From Fibrobacterota bacterium (GTDB lineage: Bacteria > Fibrobacterota > Fibrobacteria > UBA11236), in contig JAYUVP010000210.1 in NCBI GenBank assembly GCA_043753995.1, forward strand, positions 1-54,465: a DNA stretch of 54,465 bases. Reading direction: 5' to 3'. Of the stretch, positions 9,425-18,426 are shown piece after piece. The number at the start of each line of letters is the position of its first letter. The stretch's first letter is position 1. The translations under genes and the position numbers were made by a program. Below the pieces are notes generated by a model. It was given only the letters and a program-made list of their open reading frames with translations, made no database searches and was not told the origin of the DNA.

Positions 9425-10576
9425 ATGGCGAATCCCCTGCAATTGTATGTGCATGTGCCCTTCTGCGAAAAGAAGTGCCATTACTGTGACTTCGCCAGTT
9501 GGGAATTGCCGGCCGCCCGGCAGCGTCCTTGGACTCAGGTCTTGTTACAGGAAATGGCGGCCCGAGGCGAAGGCTTGTCGCAACGTCCCGTGCGTACGGT
9601 TTTTTTCGGTGGGGGCACGCCCTCGGTACTGGCTTCGGAATTTCTCGAAGCCCTGGTGCTTGATTTGCGGAGCCGCTTCGATTGCTCTCAGGTCGAGGAA
9701 TGGTCCATCGAATGCAATCCTTCGAGTCTTAATCGCGAGAAGCTGAATTTGTTCCATGACTTGGGATTCAATCGCATCAGCCTGGGCGTGCAAAGCTTTG
9801 ACGGGGAGGAATTAAAGCGCTTGGGGCGTGTGCATAGCCCCGAAGGAGCGCATGCCGCCTTGCGCACCTTGGCCGAAGACGGGCGCTTCGCCTTTTCGGG
9901 CGATTTGATTTTCGGGCAGCCCCAGCAGGATGTGAAAAGTTTTCTTCACAACCTAGAGAGCCTGCTTGCCTATCATCCGCAGCATCTTTCGTTTTATGGC
10001 CTCACCATAGAAACCGGAACCGAATTCGATCGACTCGCTCATCTCGGGCAAATTCAAATGCCTGAGGCTGAGGCCTACAATGACCAATACCTGCGCGGCG
10101 TGGAATTGCTTGCGAGCCATGGCTATGATCGCTATGAGGTCAGCAATTTCGCCAAGCCCGGCTTCGCTTGTCGGCACAATCAAGGCTATTGGGACGGAGT
10201 GGAATACCTGGCCTTGGGTCCAGGCGCGCACTCTTGGCTCGGCGGAGAACGTTTGGAAGCACCGCGAGCCTTCGAAGATTATTTGGCTTGGGGCGAGGCG
10301 GGCTTTCCTAGAGCTTCTTGCCAAATTGAAACCGTCGGCCAGGATTCACGCATTGCCGAAAGGGTTTTTCTGTCTTTGCGTCAAGGCAAAGGTCTCGATT
10401 TAGCCGCCTTGCGTCGCGACTTTCAAATCGCCTTCGGCGAAGCCACCTTGGGCAAATGGCTCAAGCCAGGTTGGCTTCGATTGCAGGGTGAGCATTTGCT
10501 ATTGCATGGCGAAGGCTGGCTTTTACTCGATGAAATCGCCGCCGATCTCCTGGCGAAAGCCATGCCCATCGCCTGA
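9425..10576 (+). CDS. hemW: Radical SAM heme chaperone HemW (HemN-like)
   Basis: YVHVPFCEKKCHYCDF (CxxxCxxC), GGGTPS, RISLGVQS, YEVSNFA, and HNQGYW (HNxxYW, typical of HemW). Confidence 0.9.
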   Translation: MANPLQLYVHVPFCEKKCHYCDFASWELPAARQRPWTQVLLQEMAARGEGLSQRPVRTVFFGGGTPSVLASEFLEALVLDLRSRFDCSQVEEWSIECNPSSLNREKLNLFHDLGFNRISLGVQSFDGEELKRLGRVHSPEGAHAALRTLAEDGRFAFSGDLIFGQPQQDVKSFLHNLESLLAYHPQHLSFYGLTIETGTEFDRLAHLGQIQMPEAEAYNDQYLRGVELLASHGYDRYEVSNFAKPGFACRHNQGYWDGVEYLALGPGAHSWLGGERLEAPRAFEDYLAWGEAGFPRASCQIETVGQDSRIAERVFLSLRQGKGLDLAALRRDFQIAFGEATLGKWLKPGWLRLQGEHLLLHGEGWLLLDEIAADLLAKAMPIA

Positions 10577-10595
10577 ATGATTTCGCCGCCCGGCT

Positions 10596-11378
10596 TTAGC
10601 CCTGCGGCTTCTCATCCACTTCGCAAATGAGCTTGGGCATCATGCCCAAATAGTCGCAAGAGGTGAGATGAAAGTGAACCCCTTCCCATTCGCCGAAAGC
10701 CTTGCCCAGCCAGCTTTCTTTCACCGAATGCAAATGGCCGAAAACCACATGCTTGGCCCCGGCATCCCTGAGCATTTGCGCAGGACGCGATGGTAATAGG
10801 CGATGGTCTAAAGGTGGGTAATGGGTGAGTCCGATGCGCAGGCCCGTCGCATGCTGGGCCAAGCTGTCGATGGAAAGCTGCATGCGCTGCAATTCGCGAT
10901 CGAAAAGCCTTTGCTGCGTCGCCAAATCCCCGGCCGAAAGCACGCCGGGTATGGCGCCTTTTTTGGGATCCCATTCGATGAGATCGAAGGCCGAATATTC
11001 GCTGGTGTCCCATAGACGCGAGCCGAAAAACACGAATGGCCCGACTCGGAGGCTATTGTGCTGCAAGAAATAAATGGAGGTGGGTAGGGCTTGATCGAGC
11101 AAATGCGCCGACGGCCACCAGATATCGTGATTGCCTTTGAGTATCACCTTCTTGCCTGGCCTAGCATGCAGCCACTCCAGGTCCGGAATGGCCTCTTCGA
11201 AACGCTTGGCCCAACTGATGTCACCCGGAACCAGCACGATGTCTTTGGGCCCAATGGTGGCGTCCCAATTGGCTTGCAGGCGGTCGACATGATTCACCCA
11301 GGCCGCCCCGAAGCGATCCATGGATTTTCCCGGCACCCCGAAGGACAAATGTGGGTCGGAAATGGCAAATAACTTCAT
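10596..11378 (-). CDS. Calcineurin-like metallophosphoesterase
   Basis: AISDPHL, PGDISWA, KGNHD, HYPP, FGHLH motifs. Confidence 0.9.
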   Translation of the reverse strand: MKLFAISDPHLSFGVPGKSMDRFGAAWVNHVDRLQANWDATIGPKDIVLVPGDISWAKRFEEAIPDLEWLHARPGKKVILKGNHDIWWPSAHLLDQALPTSIYFLQHNSLRVGPFVFFGSRLWDTSEYSAFDLIEWDPKKGAIPGVLSAGDLATQQRLFDRELQRMQLSIDSLAQHATGLRIGLTHYPPLDHRLLPSRPAQMLRDAGAKHVVFGHLHSVKESWLGKAFGEWEGVHFHLTSCDYLGMMPKLICEVDEKPQG

Positions 11379-11446
11379 GGGGAAAAAGTAATCGGGGAGG
11401 GCTTGCTACCATTGGGTTTGGCCCTTTTATCCGGGGTCTATCCTCC

Positions 11447-12673
11447 ATGTCCGCAGCATCCAACAAAATTTTTCCCGACCGCGTGGTATTTCACCTCGAT
11501 ATGGATGCTTTTTATGCCTCAGTCGAGCAATTGGAAAACCCCGCCTTAGTCGGCAAACCCGTCATTGTGGGCGGTGTCGATTCGCCGCGAGGGGTGGTTT
11601 CGACGGCCTCCTATGAGGCACGTGTTTTCGGCATCCATTCCGCCATGCCGGTGCGTGAGGCGAGGCGGCGTTGCCCGCACGGGGTTTTCATTTCCGGCCG
11701 GCATGAAGTTTACGGTCAATATTCGAAGCGCATCATGGACATACTCGGTGAATACTCTCACATCATCGAGCAAATCTCGGTGGACGAGGGCTTTCTTGAC
11801 ATGACCGGCTCCGAAGGTCTTTTCGGTTCGCCGGAACAAGCCGGGCAGCGTCTCAAGCAAGCCATTCGCAAGCGCATCGGCCTCTCCGCTTCGGTCGGAA
11901 TCGCGGCCAATAAATTCCTCGCCAAGCTGGCCAGCGACGTGAAAAAGCCGGATGGGCTATTTGTAGTAACTCCCGAATCGGCCCAGGCCTTTCTCGATCC
12001 TTTGCCGGTAGAAAGGCTTTGGGGCGTCGGCAAAAAAACCGTGCCCGACCTGCATCGTCAGGGCTTGTACACTATACAACAAGTGCGGCTGACGCCCTTG
12101 TCCAATCTCGAAGCCGAATTCGGATCGCGTTTCGCCGCTCACCTGCATGGTTTGAGCCATGGTCGGGACAATCGCGATCTCGAAACAGATTCGCGCGAAA
12201 AAAGTATTTCCCATGAAACCACTTTCGACGTCGATGAATTGAATCCCGATCGCCTCGAAGCGGTTTTACTTGACTTGGCCGATCGCGTGGCGCGACGCGC
12301 CCGCCGCGACGACATGGCGGGACGCACTATTTCCTTTGTCTGGCGCGACCCCGATTTTTCCCGACATAGCCGCTCACGTACCTTGGCCGAGCCCACCTTG
12401 AACAGCGACACGATTTACTCCACTGCCTTGGCCCTCTTTCGGGAATTATTGCCTGCCAGTCGAAATCCCTCTCGGAAATTCCGCCTTATCGGCGTGCGTT
12501 TGTCGCATTTTGAAGGAGTGGGCGAACAGCTTTCCCTTTTTTCAGATCCCGTGCCCAAGAAAGCGGGAATTGATCGCGCCATGGATGCCGTGCGCGATCG
12601 CTTCGGCCACGATTCCATACAACGCGCCCGCTTGGTCGAAGGCGGCGAAAACGCCGAGTCCGACAAAACTTGA
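11447..12673 (+). CDS. dinB: DNA polymerase IV (Y family)
   Basis: HLDMDAFYASVEQ, STASYEAR, SVDEGFLD, AKLASDVKKPDG, C-terminal QLSLF clamp-binding motif. Start at ATG 11447 avoids overlap with the divergent gene. Confidence 0.95.
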   Translation: MSAASNKIFPDRVVFHLDMDAFYASVEQLENPALVGKPVIVGGVDSPRGVVSTASYEARVFGIHSAMPVREARRRCPHGVFISGRHEVYGQYSKRIMDILGEYSHIIEQISVDEGFLDMTGSEGLFGSPEQAGQRLKQAIRKRIGLSASVGIAANKFLAKLASDVKKPDGLFVVTPESAQAFLDPLPVERLWGVGKKTVPDLHRQGLYTIQQVRLTPLSNLEAEFGSRFAAHLHGLSHGRDNRDLETDSREKSISHETTFDVDELNPDRLEAVLLDLADRVARRARRDDMAGRTISFVWRDPDFSRHSRSRTLAEPTLNSDTIYSTALALFRELLPASRNPSRKFRLIGVRLSHFEGVGEQLSLFSDPVPKKAGIDRAMDAVRDRFGHDSIQRARLVEGGENAESDKT

Positions 12674-12701
12674 AACGGAATAGCCCAACCCTGGAGTTCA
12701 T

Positions 12702-13475
12702 GTGAATCCGTATCGCGAAGAATTGGAATTCGCCTTGAATCTATGCGAAGAGGCTGCAAAAGTCATCCGCCGACATTTTCGTACCGGCCTGCAAGTCGAA
12801 ACCAAGCGGGATAATACGCCGGTGACAGCGGCCGATCGCGGAGCGGAGGAGCGCCTGCGCGATTTGATACGCCAGCACACGCCGAATTACGGCGTAATCG
12901 GTGAGGAATTCGGCACTGAAATTGGCACCGAAGATCGGCAATGGGTGATCGATCCCATCGACGGCACCAAGGCTTTCGTGCATGGGGTGCCTCTTTTCGG
13001 CACCTTGCTCGCGTTGCTCGAAAAGGGCAAAGCCATTGTGGGTATCATTCAATTACCTGCTCTTGGCCATGTCTTGCAAGCCACCTTGGGTGGCGGTGCC
13101 TTTGTCGACGGCAAACCCGCGCGGGTTTCAGGCATCACTTCATTGGAAGAAAGTTTATTGCTCGATGGCAGCGCGACCACCATGGAGCGTTTGGGTCACG
13201 GCCCAGCTTGGTCGAGCTTAAGGCAGCGCGCCAAATTGCATCGGGGTTGGGGCGATTGTTATGGCCATTTTCTCGTGGCAACCGGCGGTGCCGAAGTGAT
13301 GGCCGACCCCATAGTCGAGATTTGGGATGTCGCTCCCATGCAGGTGATTTTACCGGAGGCGGGTGGCCGCTTCACCGCTTTGACGGGTGAAGATTCGATA
13401 TCCTTGCGCAGTGGTTTATCGACCAATGGGCATTTGCATGGTGCCGTTCTGCAAGCCATGAATATGCCACGCTAG
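12702..13475 (+). CDS. hisN: Inositol monophosphatase-family histidinol-phosphatase
   Basis: PVTAADR, GEEFG, WVIDPIDGTKAFVHGVPLFGTL, GWGDCYG, WDVA. GTG start after GGAG. Confidence 0.8.
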   Translation: MNPYREELEFALNLCEEAAKVIRRHFRTGLQVETKRDNTPVTAADRGAEERLRDLIRQHTPNYGVIGEEFGTEIGTEDRQWVIDPIDGTKAFVHGVPLFGTLLALLEKGKAIVGIIQLPALGHVLQATLGGGAFVDGKPARVSGITSLEESLLLDGSATTMERLGHGPAWSSLRQRAKLHRGWGDCYGHFLVATGGAEVMADPIVEIWDVAPMQVILPEAGGRFTALTGEDSISLRSGLSTNGHLHGAVLQAMNMPR

Positions 13476-13486
13476 CGCGGTACGAT

Positions 13487-15181
13487 TTATTTTTCGGTTT
13501 CGGCGTCCAAGGCTGCGTCGTCGATTTGATCTTCGATTTCCTTCAGGGCAGAAGGCAAATAGAGAATCAAATCCGAAGCCGTCATGCCTAGAGTGCCGCG
13601 ATCTTTACGTGCCGCATCGCCCGCCTTACCATGAGCCAATACCGCCAGAGGCGCTGCTTGAGTCATGGGACGTACCGCCAAAAAAGCCGCCAAAACACCC
13701 GCTAAAACATCGCCGGATCCCGCCGTCGCCATACCAGGATTGCCTGCCGGCACCACCAATAATTTTCCATCGGGTTCGGCATAAAGCGTGGTAGCGCCTT
13801 TCAGCACTATCGGTACCGTTCCCGCTTTCACCCACTGCCGCAGATTTTCCAAATGCGCCATGGGCTGATCGTAATCCCAAATGCCACCGAGACGTTTGTA
13901 TTCCCCTGCATGCGGCGTGAGCACGGTTTGTTCATAGCCCGCTAATTTACGCCTTTCAGACTGCTCACCTGCGAACCAATTCAAAGCGTCGCCATCGACC
14001 ACGACCTTGCGGCCTTTTAGTAATGGCATGAGTTTGTCGAGAAAAGCTTCGGTTTGCGGATGCTTACCCAGACCGGGTCCGATAAGAATGGTGTCTGCCC
14101 AATCAAGCCAGGTCTTGATTTCTTCCAAGTGTCCAGGCGTGAAGCGATAGTCGGAATTTTCGCCGACCGGTACTCCTATCACTTCTAATAGATGAGGCGC
14201 TAATTCAGAATAAATGCCTGCAGGTACGGCGCAGCGCACGAGACCCGCTCCGGCGCGCAAGGCCGCATTGCTGCAAAGCGCGGCGGCACCGTGCATGCCG
14301 CGCGAACCGGTAATCACAAGCACCTTGCCGGCAGTGTATTTGTTGCTGCGAAAATCGCGCGCGGGTAAATCGTCGATGGCATCTTCCGGCGTATAGAGGG
14401 CCAATTGGGAAGGCTGGGACACCAGGGAGCGCTCGTCGAAGCAAATCGGACTATAGCCTATGCGCCCGAAAAAAGTACAAGAGGGATAAAATGCCGCCGA
14501 AACCTTGATGGCTCCGAGGCAAATGGTGGCCGTAGCCTGCACGGCCGAACCAGGCACCTGGCTGTCATCGCTTTGCACGCCGGAAGGCAGGTCGATGGAA
14601 AGTACGGGCACGCCGCTTTTATTCATGCCGTAAATGCAGCTCTGAACTAGGCCCGTGGGCTGACCCTTGGCACCGGTGCCTAAAAGACCGTCTACAATTA
14701 AATCGACTTCCTGAAATACCGGTAAGTCGACATGAGTCGTGACAATATGAATTTCTAAATCGGCATCGCGCAATTGCTGATGCAGTTTGAGAATTTCGGA
14801 GCCATAGGGGCGATCGGAATGCAATTGGTAAATGACCACAGCATAACCGGCCTGAGCTGAGAGCAAGGCCGCCGACAAGGCGTCAGCGCCATTGTGTCCG
14901 CTGCCGCAAACGAAAGCAACGGTATAAGGATCTTGCTTGGGCACTTTCGGCCCTTGCGAAGGGTCGTTGTTTTCGTGTTCTTCATTTTCCTGGAAATTTT
15001 CCGGGGCATCGTCGGGAAAGCCGTCGTCATAGCCCTGCTCGTATTCCTCTTCCAGCATGGACTTCAGCGATTGAAACACGGCTTCACCCGCGCTCATGAT
15101 CATGTCGTATTCCGATAGACCGTGTTCTGAGCTTTTGCGCTCGACAGCCCGCATCTCATCCAAGGTGAGAATGGGTATCAT
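13487..15181 (-). CDS. nnr: Bifunctional NAD(P)H-hydrate epimerase/dehydratase
   Basis: YjeF-N part (ILTLDEMR, VDGLLGTG, IDLPSG) and YjeF-C part (IGPGLG, VDGDAL, LTPHAGE, VLKG, MATAGSGDVLAG). Alternative start at 15226. Confidence 0.92.
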   Translation of the reverse strand: MIPILTLDEMRAVERKSSEHGLSEYDMIMSAGEAVFQSLKSMLEEEYEQGYDDGFPDDAPENFQENEEHENNDPSQGPKVPKQDPYTVAFVCGSGHNGADALSAALLSAQAGYAVVIYQLHSDRPYGSEILKLHQQLRDADLEIHIVTTHVDLPVFQEVDLIVDGLLGTGAKGQPTGLVQSCIYGMNKSGVPVLSIDLPSGVQSDDSQVPGSAVQATATICLGAIKVSAAFYPSCTFFGRIGYSPICFDERSLVSQPSQLALYTPEDAIDDLPARDFRSNKYTAGKVLVITGSRGMHGAAALCSNAALRAGAGLVRCAVPAGIYSELAPHLLEVIGVPVGENSDYRFTPGHLEEIKTWLDWADTILIGPGLGKHPQTEAFLDKLMPLLKGRKVVVDGDALNWFAGEQSERRKLAGYEQTVLTPHAGEYKRLGGIWDYDQPMAHLENLRQWVKAGTVPIVLKGATTLYAEPDGKLLVVPAGNPGMATAGSGDVLAGVLAAFLAVRPMTQAAPLAVLAHGKAGDAARKDRGTLGMTASDLILYLPSALKEIEDQIDDAALDAETEK

Positions 15182-15348
15182 CGGATATTCTTCGGCGTCG
15201 TTAAAACGGCTCTTGTGCGAGTGCATGCCTTACCTAAAGATTACGGTTCGAGGAACGGGAAAAAAGGCCAAAGCCCCCTGGAATTTTGTCGATGTCTCGC
15301 CGGGGTGACGAGTCGATGGGAGTGCGGGGGTCGGGCGCAGGGCCGAAA

Positions 15349-15612
15349 TCAGGTATTCTCGATATCGCCGAGAATCTCATCGATTTCGTCACGCACTTCT
15401 TCTTCAAATCGGGTGACGGGTCGGCGACGCTCGATGATGATGGCCCTTTGGTTTATGGCACGCTTCAAGTCGACAATGCGTTTTTGTTCGAGTTCGAGAT
15501 TCATGCGTTCTAGTTTGGCCAAACGAATTCTCAAGAGCAGTTGGCCCAGGGAAGCGCCGGTGATGAACACCGCCGCTAATATGGTCAATATCAGAATGGT
15601 CTCTGAAATCAT
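15349..15612 (-). CDS. Small hypothetical protein: N-terminal TM helix followed by a charged, coiled-coil-like region
   Basis: 87 aa, hydrophobic ILILTILAAVFITGASLG then an R/E-rich helix. ATGA overlap with the upstream GH57 stop. Confidence 0.65.
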   Translation of the reverse strand: MISETILILTILAAVFITGASLGQLLLRIRLAKLERMNLELEQKRIVDLKRAINQRAIIIERRRPVTRFEEEVRDEIDEILGDIENT

Positions 15613-18050
15613 GGACCCACCGCTTTCGTGGATAAAAGGGCTTCCTTACCCGCGTCAGTAGAGAAATTTAATCTATCCAGCAGGGCTAGGGCTTCCTCTA
15701 ATTGGGCCGGATAGCCGAAATGCCCGGTTTTCGCCCAATTCAGTACGGCACGGAACAACGGAAAGGCCAAATTCTCCAATCTTGACCTTTCCATATTGAG
15801 TTTAAGGGTATCTAGAAGGTCTAAAAGCACAAATAGCGGTTTCAGTTCGAGTCCCGTACTGTGATCGAGGAAACGGTGGCCCAAATTGAGCATGTATTGA
15901 TGCAAGCTCTCCTTAATCGGACCTAAATGCACCTTCACGCTTTGTGCGGCAAGGCGATGCGCCAAGGCGCAGGCCTTGTCCATTCCTTCGACATCGTCTT
16001 CAGCCAAGCCCTTGGTCAGAGCTTCGACCAAGCTGTGATTCTCGATCACATGCAAAATAGCCTGCATGTTTTTCGGAATGGGCCAATCGAGTTTTTGGAA
16101 TTGCCCAAGATAACGGCGGATTTTGTTTTCTTGCGCCAGAAAATCGATTGAGCTTTCCTGCCAATATCGATTTCGCAAATGCTGGGTGAGTCGATCGCGC
16201 ACGTCAATAGGCAAGGCCTGAGGTGTCAATTGCCGCCATGCCGACCATCTTTGTGGTGAAAACTCCTTTCGGACTTCATCGCGCAAATACTCGCCTTCCT
16301 GCGGATGCCGCAAATAAAGCGGGGCGCTTTGCAAGCCATCACTAGGAACGGCTAGCCAACAACGACGGGTCTGCCGGCTAAATTCTCGCTCCGCCACCAC
16401 TTCGCGCAAGAGGTATTCCCCCGAGGGCTCAAAGGCCTGCGACTTTAATTTCCACCCAAGAACGGAAGCCATGCGAAAGGCTTGCGCATCTAGGCTTTTC
16501 ATCCAGTCGGCGAAGGCCACATAATTTTCGGGCTCGAAATGCTCGGCTTCAAATTGAGCGAATAAGGTATCGCCGCGTATGGCGTTGAGATTGGATTCGG
16601 CTTGCGCCAACAGCGCCAAGAAACCCTCGCGCGTGTCGAGAGCTTGATTATGGCTTTCATAGAGGGATAGCAGGCGCTGGGCATAGCGTAATACCTGGAC
16701 GGTTTCTATGCCGGTTAAGTCGGCGAAAAACCAGCCGCAAGAAGTGAACATGTATTGTTGAAAGCGCAAAGCCTCCATCAGGTCCATGGCCAAGGACGCA
16801 TCCGCGGTGGGGTCGAGATGGCGAAGCCAAAAAGCTTCGCGGAGATCCGTATTCAAATACCAGCTATCGCAGGCTTCGAGCTTGGCACGCTCCCAATCGC
16901 GAAAAACTTTATTGCCATCGCGCTCGAACCATGCCGAGGCTTCGTGGCTGAGCCAATCCAAGGCTTGGCGCAAGGGTGCGCGCCACTTTTGATTCCAACC
17001 GGGAGGCGCACCAGTGGAGCAGCCGCAATCATAAGACCAGCGTCCGGTACCATGCGCACAAGACCAAGCCGTACCCCCAGAATAGGCATTCTTGATACGC
17101 ACTTCGTGATGCGGTGGATGCTTGCTGAGCCAATAGCCATAATTGACTGGAATCATGCCCTGCCGTGGGGCCAATTCCTTGAATAAATAGGCGGCGCACA
17201 TGTCACCGAAGGGCTCGTGATGACCATAAGATTCACCATCCGTGCATATTGAAACCAATTGCGGTTCGGTACGCTCCAGATCAAAAGCACCCGATATGCG
17301 ATCGTAAAAGCGCTGGGCATCTTTAAGAAGATGTTCGAAGCCAACGCCGCTGGAAAGTGGGCCGTCATAGAAAAAGAGATCGAGGTATCCCTTTTCCAGG
17401 GGTGTGCCGTCTTCGTCCAGGGGAAAGATGCGATACGGGTGTTTGGGATCGATATTTCCTTCGGAGACATCGCGCCAAATTTCCCCTCCCAAAGGGCGCA
17501 CCTTCCAGGCTTGAGTGGGAGCCAAAACGGTATAATGCACTCCGGCGCGTATCAATTCGACCACGGTGTCCATGTCGATGGCGGTTTCGGCCAGCCAAAT
17601 GCCTTCGGCCTTGCGGCCAAATCTCTGCTCGAAATCGCGCAAGCCCCAAGCGATTTGCAGGCGCTTGTCCTCTTGCGTTGCCAAGGGCATGATGGCGTGA
17701 TTGTAAACCTGGGCCATGGCATTGCCGTGTCCAGCTAGGCGCTCACGGCTTTGCGCATCGCCTTCCAGCAACCGCGAATAGGCGTCGGGATGTTCCTCTT
17801 CCATCCAGGCAAGTAAGGTGGCGCCAGCGTTAAAACTCATCCAGGCATAATTATTCCAGATATCGCGTATGCGGCCTTTTTCGTCGAGTAGTCGTGAGGT
17901 GCCATTGGGGCCATAGCACTCCATATGCACGCGTTCATTCCAATCATGAGCCGGCCGGGCCGAGGGCTGCATTTCAACGCGGCCCAGCACCGGGTTTTCC
18001 CGTGGTGGCTGATAAAAATGCCCATGGATGCAAAAAAATCGAGACTTCAT
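15609..18050 (-). CDS. Glycoside hydrolase family 57 protein with DUF3536-type C-terminus
   Basis: HGHFYQPPRENP, WLAETA (nucleophile region), TDGESYGHH, AWSCAHG.GRW, MFTSCGWFF. Confidence 0.9.
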   Translation of the reverse strand: MKSRFFCIHGHFYQPPRENPVLGRVEMQPSARPAHDWNERVHMECYGPNGTSRLLDEKGRIRDIWNNYAWMSFNAGATLLAWMEEEHPDAYSRLLEGDAQSRERLAGHGNAMAQVYNHAIMPLATQEDKRLQIAWGLRDFEQRFGRKAEGIWLAETAIDMDTVVELIRAGVHYTVLAPTQAWKVRPLGGEIWRDVSEGNIDPKHPYRIFPLDEDGTPLEKGYLDLFFYDGPLSSGVGFEHLLKDAQRFYDRISGAFDLERTEPQLVSICTDGESYGHHEPFGDMCAAYLFKELAPRQGMIPVNYGYWLSKHPPHHEVRIKNAYSGGTAWSCAHGTGRWSYDCGCSTGAPPGWNQKWRAPLRQALDWLSHEASAWFERDGNKVFRDWERAKLEACDSWYLNTDLREAFWLRHLDPTADASLAMDLMEALRFQQYMFTSCGWFFADLTGIETVQVLRYAQRLLSLYESHNQALDTREGFLALLAQAESNLNAIRGDTLFAQFEAEHFEPENYVAFADWMKSLDAQAFRMASVLGWKLKSQAFEPSGEYLLREVVAEREFSRQTRRCWLAVPSDGLQSAPLYLRHPQEGEYLRDEVRKEFSPQRWSAWRQLTPQALPIDVRDRLTQHLRNRYWQESSIDFLAQENKIRRYLGQFQKLDWPIPKNMQAILHVIENHSLVEALTKGLAEDDVEGMDKACALAHRLAAQSVKVHLGPIKESLHQYMLNLGHRFLDHSTGLELKPLFVLLDLLDTLKLNMERSRLENLAFPLFRAVLNWAKTGHFGYPAQLEEALALLDRLNFSTDAGKEALLSTKAVGP

Positions 18051-18180
18051 GCCGGGCTGCCCATCGCTGAAGGGGAAACAAGTGCCACTAAAACTGAATT
18101 ATCCCATGGCTATCGGCAAAGCGGGACGATGGGGGAGCTAAAAAACGAGGTCGAAAAGAGTTTAGGGGGCTACGGAGGAC

Positions 18181-18426
18181 TTAATTCCAGTGATAGGGCG
18201 CGCCACCTGGTGTAGTGAGGTGATGTCCCGATAATTTTTCTTGGAGTAAAAGTAGACCGTAATCAAGGATGGCCTCGCGAGTGTCGGTGGTGGGGCGAAA
18301 CCAGAATTCGTCGTCGGAGCCGATGCGCACATAGCATTTGTCGGCCATGCGCGAATTGCCTAGCATCACCTCCAGGGTGGTGGCCTTTCCATCGACATTG
18401 ACATGGCGTATCCAGCGTAAGCTCAT
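18181..18426 (-). CDS. Small hypothetical protein (81 aa)
   Basis: ATGA overlap with the upstream TPR-like gene, protein-like composition, no competing long ORF. Confidence 0.6.
   Translation of the reverse strand: MSLRWIRHVNVDGKATTLEVMLGNSRMADKCYVRIGSDDEFWFRPTTDTREAILDYGLLLLQEKLSGHHLTTPGGAPYHWN

Noticed and set aside
11379..11446. SOS/LexA box upstream of dinB
   Set aside because: No CTGT-N8-ACAG or GAAC-N4-GTTC box and no convincing dyad in the gap.
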